A DNA stretch of 64,000 nt from Bolinopsis microptera (Eukaryota). This document shows, one piece after another, positions 1 through 11,363 of this stretch. Numbering within the stretch: the stretch's first letter is position 1; every line of letters begins with the position of its first letter. The notes under the pieces were generated by a model that was given only the letters and a program-made list of their open reading frames with translations, searched no databases and was not told the origin of the DNA. The position numbers and the translations under genes are program-made. The DNA is taken from assembly GCF_026151205.1 (NCBI RefSeq), contig NC_087076.1:16453142-16517141 (forward strand), in the 5' to 3' direction.

Positions 1-958
1 CAGAATGATTAGTACCATAGTAAAGTGCATTGCAGTAGTCAAGGGAACTAATAACAAGAGATTGTACGATGATTTGCATTTGATCTTCAGAGAGGAATGG
101 TTTCATCTTTGCAATATTCCGCATCTTGTGGCAGTTTGCAGCTTTAAGCTTCTTTATTTGAGGATTAAGAGTCAGAGAGGAATCCAATGTAAAGCCAAGG
201 TTTTTAGTAACGTTAACAAGTCTTATACAGACAGAAGATTTAAGGAAGACACCACCAATTTCTAATTCTGACAATAAACGTTTTGAACCAAAAACTATAA
301 TTTCAGTTTTAGTTGGATTCAGAAGAAGGAAGTGGTTCGTCATCCAGGTCTCGATTTCTCTAAAACAGGAGGGCAGGTCTTCGCTGAGGACTTGATATTC
401 TGTGGCAGATGAAAATGACTTGTAGATCTGGTGATCATCAGCATAGCCATGGATCAGAAATTGCTTCGATTTTACAGAAGAGTAAATTGAGCGGATGTAG
501 ATATTGAACAACACAGGGCCAAGGACAGAGCCCTGTGGGACACCAAACTTTATTACAATTTCTTCAGATTCTAGGTCACCTATCTTGACTTTTTGACAAC
601 GACCACGGATGAAACTGGTGAACCATTTCAAGGCTGTTCCCGCAATCCCAATCTCACACTTCAATATATTGATCAATTTGATATGGTCAACTGTGTCGAA
701 TGCAGCACTCAGATCTAAAAGCATTACAACTGTTGCTGTGTTTTCATTAGTGGCTATGAGGAGGTCATTGACTATGGTAATGAGGAGTGTTTCTGTGCTG
801 TGATGCTTTTTGTAACCAGACTGGTGGTCAATGTTGAGATTATTCTTGGCTAGATGTTCATTGAGGCATTTTAATACGAAGCGCTCAATGAGTTTACCGA
901 TGAATGTAAGATTAGAGATGGGTCTATAATTCTTTAAGTTCTCAGTGTCTAGGGAAGC
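1..958 (-). mobile_element. Non-LTR retrotransposon (LINE) reverse-transcriptase fragment; the reading frame runs off the window start and the copy is 5'-truncated at about 958
   Basis: Reverse-complement translation is one open frame with RT motifs (…HHSTETLL…LLDLSAAFDTVDH…FGVPQGSVLGPVLFNIYI…HGYADDHQIY…). It is absent from the ORF list only because it runs off the window edge. Hand translation. Confidence 0.8.
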
Positions 959-3900
959 TCCTACTTTCTTAACATTGATGGCAATAAAAGCAATTTTGAT
1001 AGTCTATTAACTGAACTGCACCGCATTAACCAAAACTTCACCGTAATAGGTTTATCAGAAACTAACATAGGTCCTGATGAAAGCACCGTGTATTCAATTC
1101 CTAACTACAATAGTTTTTACCAGAATACTGTAGGTAATAAATCCAAAGGAACTGGTGTAGCATTATATGTTCAAGATAGACTTAGCAGTATTGTGAACGA
1201 ACTTGCGTCAGACGTTACCGAGAATTTAGAATCACTATTCGTAACTAGTCGTAAAAACTCAGAAGAAGTAACTTTTGGGGTTATTTACCGACCACCCAGC
1301 GGTAATTTTGCAAGCTTCCTGACAGAACTATCTAGAATACTCCAGATATTGCCTAAAAAATCTGCGTATATAATGGGAGATTTTAACGTCAACCTCCATG
1401 TTAATAGTAAAGAAGTTAGCAATCTCGAGGAAATAATGTTTAGTGCCGGTTTCTCGCCTCTTATATCAACACACACGCACGAGAAGCCGGGATGTAATCA
1501 AACGTGTATTGACAACATTTACACAAATGATATAAACAAGGTTGTTGCCTCAGGTACAGTATCTGACAGAATCTCGCATCATCTGCCAGTTTTTCATATT
1601 TTTGAAGACCTAGCTGTAACTAACTCTGAACCTCAAGTTAAACATACCCAATATTATGATTACAGTGAATCCAACGTTCGAGTCCTTGTTTCATCCTTAA
1701 ACCAACATTTCTCTGAGCACCCACCAAAAAACTTTATTGAATTTCACGACACATTCAAAACGAATCTAGACAAATCATGTAAACTCAGTAAACCTAAAGT
1801 CTCCAAAAGAACGCCAATGACAAATCCGTGGATAACAGGAGGATTAATCGCGTCTATAAATAAAAAACATGAGCTGCACGACCACTGGCATAAAGCGAAG
1901 AGAGAAAAATGTTTGCATAATCCAGGTAAACTTTGTCGTGAGATCAAGAAAGCCTGTCACTGCAATCCTTGTAATGATGCCAGGGAAAAGCATGCTAATT
2001 TTACTGACAAACGTAGGAGAGTTAAACACGTAATAAGACTAGCTCAACGCCTCTACACGTGCAACAAAATTGAGGAGTGTCAGGGTGACAGTAAAAAAAC
2101 CTGGCAGTTAATTAATAAAGTGCGAGGAAAGCAAAATAAGCAAATGAAACCGTCATTCATGATAAACAATGAGCGTGTTATTTGTCGACGAGTTATTGCT
2201 CATGAATTTAACAAGTACTTTGTGTCAATCGCCTCCAATCTGAACGAGGTCTATGAGAGGAGGATTGATGAAGATCCTATAATTGCTAAATCATTCACTG
2301 ACTACTTGCCACAGTCCTGTCCGTCAAGTATTTATCTTGCTGAATGTACAAGCTCTGAAATAATACAAATTATAAGTGAATTTAATAACGGTAAAGCTAG
2401 CGACATACCGGCACATGTAATGAAGCAGTGTAGTCAAACTATATCAGAACATCTTGCCAGAATTTATAACAACTGCATGAATGAAGGTGTCTTCCCTGAT
2501 CAACTGAAAACGGGTAAGATAACCCCGATATATAAAAAAGAAGATGAGGAATTACTAGAGAATTACAGGCCAGTATCAACATTACCAGTATTTGGTAAAA
2601 TATTTGAAAAAATTATTTACAGTAGATTATACAACTTTTTCTTATCTCGAGGAATAATATTCGAAAATCAGTTCGGCTTTAGAAAAAACCACTCGACAAG
2701 TCATGCTCTTAACTACTCCGTAAATCACGTCGAAGAAAAACGGAATAATAAAAACCACGTATTAGGAATATTTATCGATCTCTCTAAAGCATTTGATACC
2801 TTACCATTTGATATGCTACTTAAGAAACTTAGTAATTACGGAGTTAGAGGAAACGCACTAAAGCTGCTCTCCAGCTATCTAAATAATAGATACCAGTATG
2901 TTAGTGTACTTGGTGAAGAATCAGAGCCTCTCCCAGTTAAACTAGGCGTACCTCAAGGATCCGTTTTGGGCCCCTTGCTTTTTCTTATCTATATAAATGA
3001 CATCTATAGATGTAGTACATTAGGAAAATTTGTACTATTTGCAGATGACACAAACATCTTTGTAGCTGCTGAAACTAAGGAACAAGCATACAAAATAGCG
3101 AATGAAATTCTCGACTCTGTGTGCCAATATATGCGCCATAACCTACTGCACATTAATGTTAAAAAATCTTGTTACATGTACTTCTCGCCTACTAAACGTA
3201 AGACCATTGATAATACTGAAAATGACTTGAATCTAGAAATTGATGGGATCCCGATCAAACAGGTTACTGAAACGAAATTTCTAGGTGTAATTATTGATGA
3301 CAAACTGAGTTGGACACCTCATTTCGAGAAACTAACTAAGAAATTAAACAGCATATGTGGCCGTATTTATCGAATAAAAAACTCCCTCCCCAGCCAGCTG
3401 TACAAACAGATATACCACACTCTTTTTGAATCTCATCTAGGATACGGTATAACTGTATGGGGTGGTGTATCAATTAATAAGCTTTCACCACTATTCCTTG
3501 CACAGAAGAAATGTGTCCGAATCTTATTTGGGGACTCGGAAGCATTTAGCGACAAGTTTAAAACTTGTTCTCGTAGCAGGCCAATCCAGTGCAGTATAAA
3601 CAAGAAAGGTCAAATATCCAATGAATCAACTATACCTCACATTAAACCGTGTTCTATATGTATCAGCTTGAGGAAGACTGGTGATAAACAAGCAAGGCCA
3701 CATCGCTGCCAAATACTTGGGGCAGAATTCCACTCTAGAGAATCAACAAAACCTATTTTCCAATCTAAGGAACTAATGACAGTACATAACATATATAGAT
3801 ACAGATGCATTACTGAAACAATGAAGATAGTGAAGAGTCATCAGCCCATATCCATGTATTCTCTCTTTAAGAAGTCTGAGCTCAGAGATGACAGATTTGT

Positions 3901-4096
3901 GACACCACACTCATCTCACAATTTCGCATATAAAGGGGCAAATTTATGGAATAGGTTTCTTGAGCAGTCAAATGCACGTGGTAAAATAGGTTCACTAGGT
4001 TCAATTAAATCCCGATTGAAGCTTTCTATCATGAAGGCTCAACACCAACCTGACAATATTAACTGGCAGGACTTAAACTTCAACACTTTCCTATGA
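953..4096 (+). CDS. LINE ORF2: apurinic-like endonuclease plus reverse transcriptase (CR1/L2-type). The frame opens at 953; the 1002-aa ORF is listed from 1088
   Basis: N-terminal EEP-endonuclease motifs (GLSETNIGPDE…, GDFNVNLH). RT motifs (FGFRKNHSTSHAL, DLSKAFDTLP, VPQGSVLGPLLFLIYIND, FADDTNIF). No ORF1 upstream, so the copy is 5'-truncated. The 3'UTR (about 4097-4265) contains the hairpin GTTACACGCGGGTGTAAC. Confidence 0.85.
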   Translation, partial: GSSYFLNIDGNKSNFDSLLTELHRINQNFTVIGLSETNIGPDESTVYSIPNYNSFYQNTVGNKSKGTGVALYVQDRLSSIVNELASDVTENLESLFVTSRKNSEEVTFGVIYRPPSGNFASFLTELSRILQILPKKSAYIMGDFNVNLHVNSKEVSNLEEIMFSAGFSPLISTHTHEKPGCNQTCIDNIYTNDINKVVASGTVSDRISHHLPVFHIFEDLAVTNSEPQVKHTQYYDYSESNVRVLVSSLNQHFSEHPPKNFIEFHDTFKTNLDKSCKLSKPKVSKRTPMTNPWITGGLIASINKKHELHDHWHKAKREKCLHNPGKLCREIKKACHCNPCNDAREKHANFTDKRRRVKHVIRLAQRLYTCNKIEECQGDSKKTWQLINKVRGKQNKQMKPSFMINNERVICRRVIAHEFNKYFVSIASNLNEVYERRIDEDPIIAKSFTDYLPQSCPSSIYLAECTSSEIIQIISEFNNGKASDIPAHVMKQCSQTISEHLARIYNNCMNEGVFPDQLKTGKITPIYKKEDEELLENYRPVSTLPVFGKIFEKIIYSRLYNFFLSRGIIFENQFGFRKNHSTSHALNYSVNHVEEKRNNKNHVLGIFIDLSKAFDTLPFDMLLKKLSNYGVRGNALKLLSSYLNNRYQYVSVLGEESEPLPVKLGVPQGSVLGPLLFLIYINDIYRCSTLGKFVLFADDTNIFVAAETKEQAYKIANEILDSVCQYMRHNLLHINVKKSCYMYFSPTKRKTIDNTENDLNLEIDGIPIKQVTETKFLGVIIDDKLSWTPHFEKLTKKLNSICGRIYRIKNSLPSQLYKQIYHTLFESHLGYGITVWGGVSINKLSPLFLAQKKCVRILFGDSEAFSDKFKTCSRSRPIQCSINKKGQISNESTIPHIKPCSICISLRKTGDKQARPHRCQILGAEFHSRESTKPIFQSKELMTVHNIYRYRCITETMKIVKSHQPISMYSLFKKSELRDDRFVTPHSSHNFAYKGANLWNRFLEQSNARGKIGSLGSIKSRLKLSIMKAQHQPDNINWQDLNFNTFL

Positions 4097-5011
4097 AAAG
4101 ACCCCCATTTATATTTATATATTTTAGATTTTACACCTGTCACTCACATCATATATGCACCACAAAAGAAAAAAGATTCATTCAATCATTACATTATACA
4201 CTCACTCCACCACACATGCACACAAAACATTAAAGCATGTTACACGCGGGTGTAACGTTCACTTTATCCGAAGGGAAAAATAATACTTTACGTAACGCGC
4301 GATTTACGTCTTGGTAGCTAAATTATTCAAGTGCTATTTGTCAGAGCGACACAAATGCGCGAGCGCTTGCGCGGCTCACCTATCCAACACTCTTGTTTAC
4401 ATCGTATCAGGCAATGGTTCAGTTTAATTATGGTAAGGGCACAGCCTGTCAAAAACCCTTTTCGCATGATCCGTCGACACCGCCTGAAGGTGAATGCATA
4501 ACAACGGATCATGAACGTACGGAATCAAACGTTAATAAGCTTGCAGCTTCCGATGAAAATGTATTTAACTTTGTGTCATGCTTGAATTGGTTTTGGACCT
4601 CTTCAATGCTTTTAATTTATTTATTATTGTTATTTGGTATTATGAGCTGATATGTATATATACATACGGTATCTAAAATTAAGCGTATAGCGAGCATATT
4701 TAACAATTTTTAAGCAATAATGTATTGCGAGCAGCTGTAACTTAAATATCGCATAAAAATCATATAATTATAACACAAAACTAAAATTTTATTGGAATCT
4801 AGGTTAAACTAAGATAAAATTAATATCAGCCCCTTCGCCACTCTCAGCAGTCAACCAGGGCTCATAAAAGCTTAACAGCGCCTGGGTCCGTTCACCAACT
4901 GTGCTAATGTGAGTGGCGGTGTGGTAAAACCCATTTCAACAGCGTGAATATTTATCAAATATAAGCGCGCTAGCTGCTAGCATACTTGTATCATTTAATT
5001 TTTAATCAAAT

Positions 5012-6604
5012 TTATTCGGATATATATTTATTGATTATGTATTGAATTGGTGATAAATAATAAAATTGTCTTTTCTCAAAAAAAAAAAAAAAATTGTCTT
5101 TTCTCAGGGGAGTGAGATGTGCTAACTTGATTCCCTCCATACTTCCGGTTGAAAGAGAAACGTTGATAATATCACAAAGGGTAGGGAGGATTAGCTCAAG
5201 GTGCTCTGACAAGAGTTCTTTAGGTAGTGGATCAATCGATGAGGTTTTGATGCCAGATTCTTTGATCAATTCTCTGACTTCAAAAATAGTAGCTTTTCTA
5301 AATTCAGATAATGCCTGGCCATTGAAGATTGGAGAACTATTAGTCACAGTAGTGTTGGGAAATGATGTTCGGATTTTCTCAATTTTTTCAGTAAAATACT
5401 GGTTAAAGGCATTTACAGTTTCCTGAAGATTTTCTGAAGATGGTAAAGTGAGGTCCTTTTCTTTATCCAGGAAAGTGTCTACAAATTTGTAAAGGCTCTT
5501 TTGTGAGTGTTTGTATTTCTGGAAAGTATTAGAGAAGAACAGTTTTTTCTTTTTGAGAGTCAGCTCTGAACAGTGCTCTCGCAAATGAACAAAGATATCA
5601 TGATCAATTTCGAGACTTGACTTTTTCCAGGCTTTCTCAGCCTTTCTTCTTTCGGCTCTTGCAACTTTGTATTCGCCATCAAACCAGGGAGCAGTGGGAA
5701 TGTCTTTGATGGTTTTGGAATATTCTGGGGCATGTACATTTAGTATATGTTGACACCCATTGTTAAATTGAGTCACAACATCAGAGAAGCTCTTTTCTTC
5801 AAAAACCAACTCAGATAGAGCAACAGATAAATCACCTTTAAATTGTTCCTGATCTATGTCTCTGATCTTTCTAAAGCGTATGACTTTCTCACATTTGTCG
5901 ATGTCAGGAGGCTTATGAAGCTGAAATATAATTGGATAGTGGTCACAGGATGGGAAGCTTTTGGCCATGTTTTGCATTACCTCGACAGAAGTTTGATCTA
6001 CTACTTTGTGCGAAGAAATAACAGGATCAAGGATGTGACCTTTTTTATGTGTTGGTGAGTAGACAAGTTGATGAAGCCCAAAAGATGATAGTATGGTGTT
6101 CCACTCACTCACATGAGCAGAGATTCTATCTAGGTGCATATTAACATCTCCGCATAGCAAGAAATGCTTGTATTTTGAGAATGCATCCGTCAGGAAATCT
6201 TCAAAATCAGAGAGGAAATTTCCCAAGGACCCAGGTGGACGGTAGATACAGGAGCAGAATACGACAGATCCATCAACGAGTTTCAGTTTTGTGTTAATTG
6301 CCTCAAATGATCCGTCATTGTTGGCAAAAACCTTGATTAGACGAACACATGATTTGTAGATTATGGCAACACCTCCACCTGATTTGTTTTTGCGATACAC
6401 TTGGTAAAGTTTATAGCCATAGTTTTTTATTATTGCAGTGGTGTTGTTGCTCTCATCAGTTAGCCATGTTTCTGTAACAAAGAAAATAGATATGTTGTTA
6501 TCTTCTAAAAAGTTCATAACATGGTCAACCTTGTTGTTTAGAGAGCGAACATTCCAGCTTGCACATTTCATACTTAGGCTCTTAACTCCAGTCTTGTTCT
6601 TCAC
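5012..6604 (-). CDS. LINE ORF2 N-terminal part (AP-endonuclease domain, 530 aa), truncated before the RT domain
   Basis: Endonuclease motifs (CASWNVRSLNNK…, FVTETWL, LLCGDVNMHLD, SDHYPI). The ORF dissolves into junk (FFFFFEKRQF…) exactly at an A15 tract at 5082-5096. A different family from the 953-4096 copy. Confidence 0.75.
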   Translation of the reverse strand: MKNKTGVKSLSMKCASWNVRSLNNKVDHVMNFLEDNNISIFFVTETWLTDESNNTTAIIKNYGYKLYQVYRKNKSGGGVAIIYKSCVRLIKVFANNDGSFEAINTKLKLVDGSVVFCSCIYRPPGSLGNFLSDFEDFLTDAFSKYKHFLLCGDVNMHLDRISAHVSEWNTILSSFGLHQLVYSPTHKKGHILDPVISSHKVVDQTSVEVMQNMAKSFPSCDHYPIIFQLHKPPDIDKCEKVIRFRKIRDIDQEQFKGDLSVALSELVFEEKSFSDVVTQFNNGCQHILNVHAPEYSKTIKDIPTAPWFDGEYKVARAERRKAEKAWKKSSLEIDHDIFVHLREHCSELTLKKKKLFFSNTFQKYKHSQKSLYKFVDTFLDKEKDLTLPSSENLQETVNAFNQYFTEKIEKIRTSFPNTTVTNSSPIFNGQALSEFRKATIFEVRELIKESGIKTSSIDPLPKELLSEHLELILPTLCDIINVSLSTGSMEGIKLAHLTPLRKDNFFFFFEKRQFYYLSPIQYIINKYISE

Positions 6605-8025
6605 CAGTTTTTTTGGGTGTAATATGAGATTGAATGCTTAAGCTTGTGCTGTTCAGAGATATAGGCTGGGCATGATCTGTCTGTGGCTGAGTGTGTGTAC
6701 TGTTCATCAGTTCTCTTAGAATTTTTACAGTTAGCACAAGAGGGTTGAAAGGAATGTGTGTCTTTATTTGTACATGAGTTAGTTTCATGATCTTCAGTGC
6801 AATGAGCACAGACATGGTTAGATGCTTGGCACTGGGCTGAGTAATGACCAAACTTTTGGCATTTATTACATCGTTTGATGTAAAAGTGATCATACACCTT
6901 GCAGCGGTACAAACCTATGGATAGGAAATTGTCACGATTTTCTATCAGCTTCCGTATGGCATTGCTCACTCTAACAGAAGCTTGAAACAGTGGTTTTTCT
7001 GTTTGATAATTTCTTTGTTTGCGCACTGAGAGTACAGAAAATGTCTCACCAGAATCAATGAGGGATTTGATGTCAGGGTAAAGTTTCATAATGGTTTCGA
7101 AGAGATCATCGGGTGTGATTTCATCTCTAATCCCGGAAATGGATATCGTAGGCAATTTGGTTATAGGTTGCTTGAGAGCAGATTTGGGAAATTTTCTGGA
7201 GAAGGATTGAACTAACTTTGCTCGATCAGCTTGACTAGATGTAGTGATAACTGTCTCACCTTTCTTGTTTTCAAAGGTATTATCTACAAAAATATTATTT
7301 TCTGTGATAATAGTTTTAAGGTCAGATAATGGAACTTTTTCTCCCCCTTCAGAGACTATTACTGAAGCTGGGTGCCTCAGTTTTTCTACTCTGTTGCTGT
7401 CACACCAGGGATTTCCGACAACACCAGTAGAGACGGCAGTTGCATGGTTGCTATTAACTGGTGAAAGGGTTGGTGATATGGAACCGTTTCCTGTGGTCAA
7501 ACTTAACCCATGAAGAGTGGCAGGATTTAACAAGAGATTTTTAATGATGTCTATGTCAGCATCTAGTTTTGACATTTTTGTTTCAAGGGTGTGCACATGG
7601 GTTTTTAAATCAGCAGCGTTTCTCAGGTTTGATAATGTAACACAAGAGTCACAATGGAAGAGGAAATTTCCAAAACGTTTACCTTTCTGTTTTGATTCAG
7701 TGTTAGCATTGAAAGATTTCAGTAAGGACGGAGAGCATACATTATCAGTAAAGTTAATACGTCTATTGTCCTTCATTTCATAACAAGTAGCGTGAAAATT
7801 GCTCTTACATTCATAACAACATACCACTTCTCCTTTAGTATCGGACGAGCAGTTTCTGCAAATTCCATCAGCAGCTAACATACGTAGATCGTTCACAACA
7901 ATACAAGGGGGCTGGGGGCTGGCATTATCATCATTGTCATTATCATTACCATTGTTATCATGTTGCCCCTGTAAGACATGATTTGAGGAGCCCAGCCCCT
8001 CTGAGTTTTGATCGGGATCTACCAT
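6601..8025 (-). CDS. LINE ORF1 protein with a PHD-like Cys cluster and a CCHC zinc knuckle (474 aa); overlaps the downstream ORF2 start by 4 nt
   Basis: Cys-rich blocks (CRNCSSDTKGEVVCCYECKSNFHATC; CNKCQKFGHYSAQCQ…CAHCTEDHETNSC). Sits immediately upstream of, and 4 nt overlapping, an endonuclease ORF on the same strand, which is the typical CR1/L2 ORF1-ORF2 arrangement. Confidence 0.6.
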   Translation of the reverse strand: MVDPDQNSEGLGSSNHVLQGQHDNNGNDNDNDDNASPQPPCIVVNDLRMLAADGICRNCSSDTKGEVVCCYECKSNFHATCYEMKDNRRINFTDNVCSPSLLKSFNANTESKQKGKRFGNFLFHCDSCVTLSNLRNAADLKTHVHTLETKMSKLDADIDIIKNLLLNPATLHGLSLTTGNGSISPTLSPVNSNHATAVSTGVVGNPWCDSNRVEKLRHPASVIVSEGGEKVPLSDLKTIITENNIFVDNTFENKKGETVITTSSQADRAKLVQSFSRKFPKSALKQPITKLPTISISGIRDEITPDDLFETIMKLYPDIKSLIDSGETFSVLSVRKQRNYQTEKPLFQASVRVSNAIRKLIENRDNFLSIGLYRCKVYDHFYIKRCNKCQKFGHYSAQCQASNHVCAHCTEDHETNSCTNKDTHSFQPSCANCKNSKRTDEQYTHSATDRSCPAYISEQHKLKHSISYYTQKNW

Positions 8026-8310
8026 TCTTTTGGGAGGATGGAGACAGATGTAAAATCTTTTATGATGTACAACTCAGAAGTTTCGGGGTCCTCAAATTAT
8101 TTGTTATATAGTAGTGTTGAAAGTATAAAAAAAAATATAAGAGATACGATGATTTAACTTGTAGAAGCTTTCAATAAACATGTGTTAATCGTCGTCAGCT
8201 GAATGTGATGTGGTGGACAATGCTTATATGTGATTGAGTGGTGTCAGGGATGGAGGGTGGGGGAGATGTGGGTGGGAAAGTGAAAATTACAGTACAATGT
8301 CAATAAAAAT

Positions 8311-8700
8311 TTAGTCTTCTGTTGAGGTTGAGAAGGAAATGCCAGATGGTCTGGACTTTAAGGATTTGGCAATTTTAGGAAGAATGGGGTCCCAGAGGGA
8401 ACTACATTTGGGTGCGCGGTCTGTTCTGTTCATAGCTGGTTGTCGTATTTGTATAGCTGCGTGTTCTGTGAGGTCAAGTTGGGAGCGTGAGGTGAGGGAT
8501 TTGAGGACTTCGATGTTGTTCCAGGAGATGGTGTGGCCGGTGGTCAGGGCATGATGTGCAGGGGCTGATTTGATTCTGTCTGTGGATTCGTCGATGGCGT
8601 TGTTGAGTCTGTAACATTGTTCGTGTTCTTTCATGCGGTGGACCAAGGGTCTGTAGGTCTGTCCGGCGTATATATTGTGTATATTGTGTATATTGTTTGA
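8311..8700 (-). mobile_element. Penelope-like element (PLE) remnant: C-terminal GIY-YIG endonuclease domain, 5'-truncated and frameshifted
   Basis: Minus-strand translation gives IYAGQTYRPLVHRMKEHEQCYRLNN…, which matches the GIY-(x)-YIG / R…EH / N core of PLE endonucleases. A (TATACACAA)2 micro-duplication at 8669-8695 shifts the frame. No intact RT upstream. Confidence 0.5.
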
Positions 8701-9618
8701 ATAATTTTACTTAAAAACTTTTTGACAATTTCTTTACTTTTAGCAAACTTTATTTTAGTTGCCTGGTACACACCTTGTTCATCAAACATACCTGTTACAA
8801 ACCTTATGAGTAACTTTTCTATTCTTTTTGAACTATCTATCAAATGATATTTTTTCTGTGAAATTGCAATCAATGATCGATTAAAAACTGGATTTCTCAT
8901 AATATTGTAGGAAAACAAGTTTTAAACTGTAAAACCCGATTTACCACAGAGTTTGGTGGAAGGATGTTTCCCTTCCACTGGAAGGGAAACATCTGCGGTT
9001 AATGTTATTCGTTTTAAGCCCTATTTAGGCAGGGGAATGGAGATTGCAGCGGTAAATCAGGGTTTATGGTAAATCAGGGCGTGGTAAATCGAGGTTCTGC
9101 AGTAATCAGTATATCTGTTGTATATCAATTTAGCTATAGCGGTCAAAAATACGCCTATTTAGATGGGCTTTATAATTCTAATGTAAGATCGAATGATGGC
9201 CTTAAATTTTCTCCCATGTTTCGAGATTGAATTTCTAGTAACGTGGACTATATTTTGTTTAAAAATATCGTTACTAATTTAAATGTTAAAGCATCATTTA
9301 ACTCCACGAGACCATGAAATGACTACCAAATTACCAATCACAAATTTTCCTACCATTGCTGAAGGCTAAAGTATCATAGGGAATAAGTAATTGGGTTTGG
9401 ATATATGAGGTGGCCCAACAGGGCAATGTTGAGGACAGAAGTTTGTTCCTTCGAAGTATAGACCACTCCCCTTTAATTTTGTGGATAGGAGATGTCTATT
9501 TTACTGCACGCAATGCAGGTCATAGTTAATTAATTACACACGAAGTTGTCACAAACGTATTTCTGATGCTTTTTTACCTCATCCAAAAAATTCCTCATTT
9601 TAATTACCATATCATCAT

Positions 9619-11132
9619 CACGTCCGTCTATGTCCGCTTGTCTCATAGAATCCAAAAAGGACAGGACATAGGCGGACATAGACGGACATATACGAACATT
9701 AGCTAAATAAAATTGCTAAATAAGATGTTCAATTTTTGCTGTTATATGGGGGATCATGTTTTTGTCCGGTACCCTATATTTTCAGTACCCTCAGTCATTT
9801 AGATGCTTCCTCCTCCTACTCTTCCTCCTTCCTCCTCCTCCTCCTGATCTTCCTCAGTCCTCTTCCTCCTCCCCTCCTCAGTCCTCCTCCTACTCCTCAG
9901 TCCTCCTCATCAGTCCTCAACAGTCCTCCTCCTCCCCAGTCCTCTCCTCCTCCTGAGTCCTCCTCCTGGGTCCTCCTCCTGGGTCCTCCTCCTGGGTCCT
10001 CCTCCTCCTCTTCATCCTCTTCATCCTCCTCTTCCTCCTCAGTCCTCAGTCTTCCTCAGTCCTCCTCCTCATCCTTCTCCTCAGTCTTCCATCCTCCTCA
10101 GTCCTCCCCCAGTCCTCCTCCTCAGTCCTCCTCCTCCTGGGTCCTCCTCCTCCTCTTCATCCTCCTCCTCTTCCTCCTCGGTCCTCAGTCCTCCGTCCTC
10201 AGTCCTCGGTCCTCATCCTTCTCATCAGTCCTCCTCCTCCTCGGTCCTCTCCCAGTCCCCCTCCTTCTCCTCCTCCTATTCAGTCCTCCTCCTCCTCCTC
10301 CTCCTCAGTTCTCCTCAGTCTTCCTTCTCAGTTCTCCTAAGACCTCCTCCTGAGTCCTCCTCTTCCTCTTCCTCCTGAGTCCTCCTCCTCCTCCCTCTCA
10401 GTCATCCTCCTCAGTCATCCTCCTCAGCCATCCTCCTCAGCCATCCTCCTCAGTACTCTTCAGTACTCTTCAGTCTTCCTCCTTCTCAGTCCTCCTGAGT
10501 CCTCCTCCTCCTGAGTCATCCTCCTCAGTCCTCCTCCTCCTCCTCCTGGGTCCTCCTCCTGGGTCTTCCTGATCCTCCCCAGTCCTCTTCCTTATCCCCT
10601 CCTCAGTCCTCCTCCTACTCCTCCTCCTCGTCCTCAGTCCTCCTCATCAGTCCTCAACAGTCCTCCTCCTCCCCAGTCCTCCTCCTCCTCCTCCTCCTCC
10701 TGGGGCCTTTTCCTGGGTCCCTATATAATTTGATATAATAAGTTAAAACTATTAATAGCTTTAGTGTGATTAATAAGTCGTTTGTTTTGTACAAAATTAT
10801 AATACATAGAAGTTGCAAAAAATTCTCAAAATGTTTGTCCGCTAATGTCCACCAATGTCCGCTAATGTCCACCAATGTCCGCTAATGTCCACCAATGTCC
10901 GTCCGAGTCCGCCAATATCCGTCCGGGTCCGCAAATGTCCGTCTGAGTCCGCCAATGTCCGTCCGAGTCCGCCAATGTCCGTCCGTGTCCGCCAATGTCC
11001 GTCCGAGTCCGCCAATGTCCGTCCGTGTCCGCCAATGTCCCAAAAAACACGTCCGTTGTCTCATAGAATCCAAAAAGGACAGGACATAGGCGGACATAGA
11101 CGGACGTGACATCCCCCCGCCCCCCCCCCCCT
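9619..11132 (+). repeat. Composite repeat, copy 1. Parts in order: a 65-bp hairpin module (CACGTCCGTCTATGTCCGC…GCGGACATAGACGGACGTG); a unique 100-bp segment; a 0.9-kb strand-pure pyrimidine minisatellite (TCC/TCA/GTC units); an AT-rich spacer; an inverted array of GTCCGCYAATGTCC repeats; a second hairpin module; a poly-C tail
   Basis: Seen directly. Module boundaries are shared with the copy at 21175-23166. The 'ORFs' at 9736-10353 and 10855-11112 are repeat translations. Confidence 0.7.
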
Positions 11133-11363
11133 CTATCTATAGTTTAGGCCATAAAAGGATTTCATGTTAGCAGAAACAAATTCTGGTTTATGAGTGGATC
11201 ATCAATTAATTATTTATTAGGTTTCAATTATTTATTGCTGTGTAAAATTGTATTATATTCTATTATATTATGTTATCTGGCTTTCAATTTTAAATGGAAG
11301 GAAAATCTTTTTATTTAAGTTAAAAAGTTAAAATTTCTAAATATCAAACAGTTCAGGGATGCA

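Larger units (their letters stand above)
5012..8300 (-). mobile_element. CR1/L2-like LINE, 5' portion (5'UTR + ORF1 + endonuclease), 3'-truncated
   Basis: ORF1 and the ORF2 endonuclease are adjacent on the minus strand. No RT or 3'UTR follows below 5012. Confidence 0.6.

Noticed and set aside
4327-4650. ORFs 4327-4512(-) and 4393-4650(+) in the region between the two LINEs
   Set aside because: Short, overlapping on opposite strands, and without motifs or splice context, so likely random ORFs in non-coding spacer.
9040-9110. Short tandem GGTAAATCAGGG repeats and a 15-bp perfect palindrome (GATGTTTCCCTTCCA-ct-TGGAAGGGAAACATC at 8963-8993)
   Set aside because: Small and isolated, probably debris of the truncated Penelope-like element or its UTR, and not enough for a separate feature call.
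10855-11112. Four overlapping about-60-85-aa ORFs on both strands (SANVRPSPPMSVRVRQCP… / DIGGHGRTLADSDGHW…)
   Set aside because: These are artefacts of the GTCCGCCAATGTCC tandem repeats; the same holds for 21157-21354.
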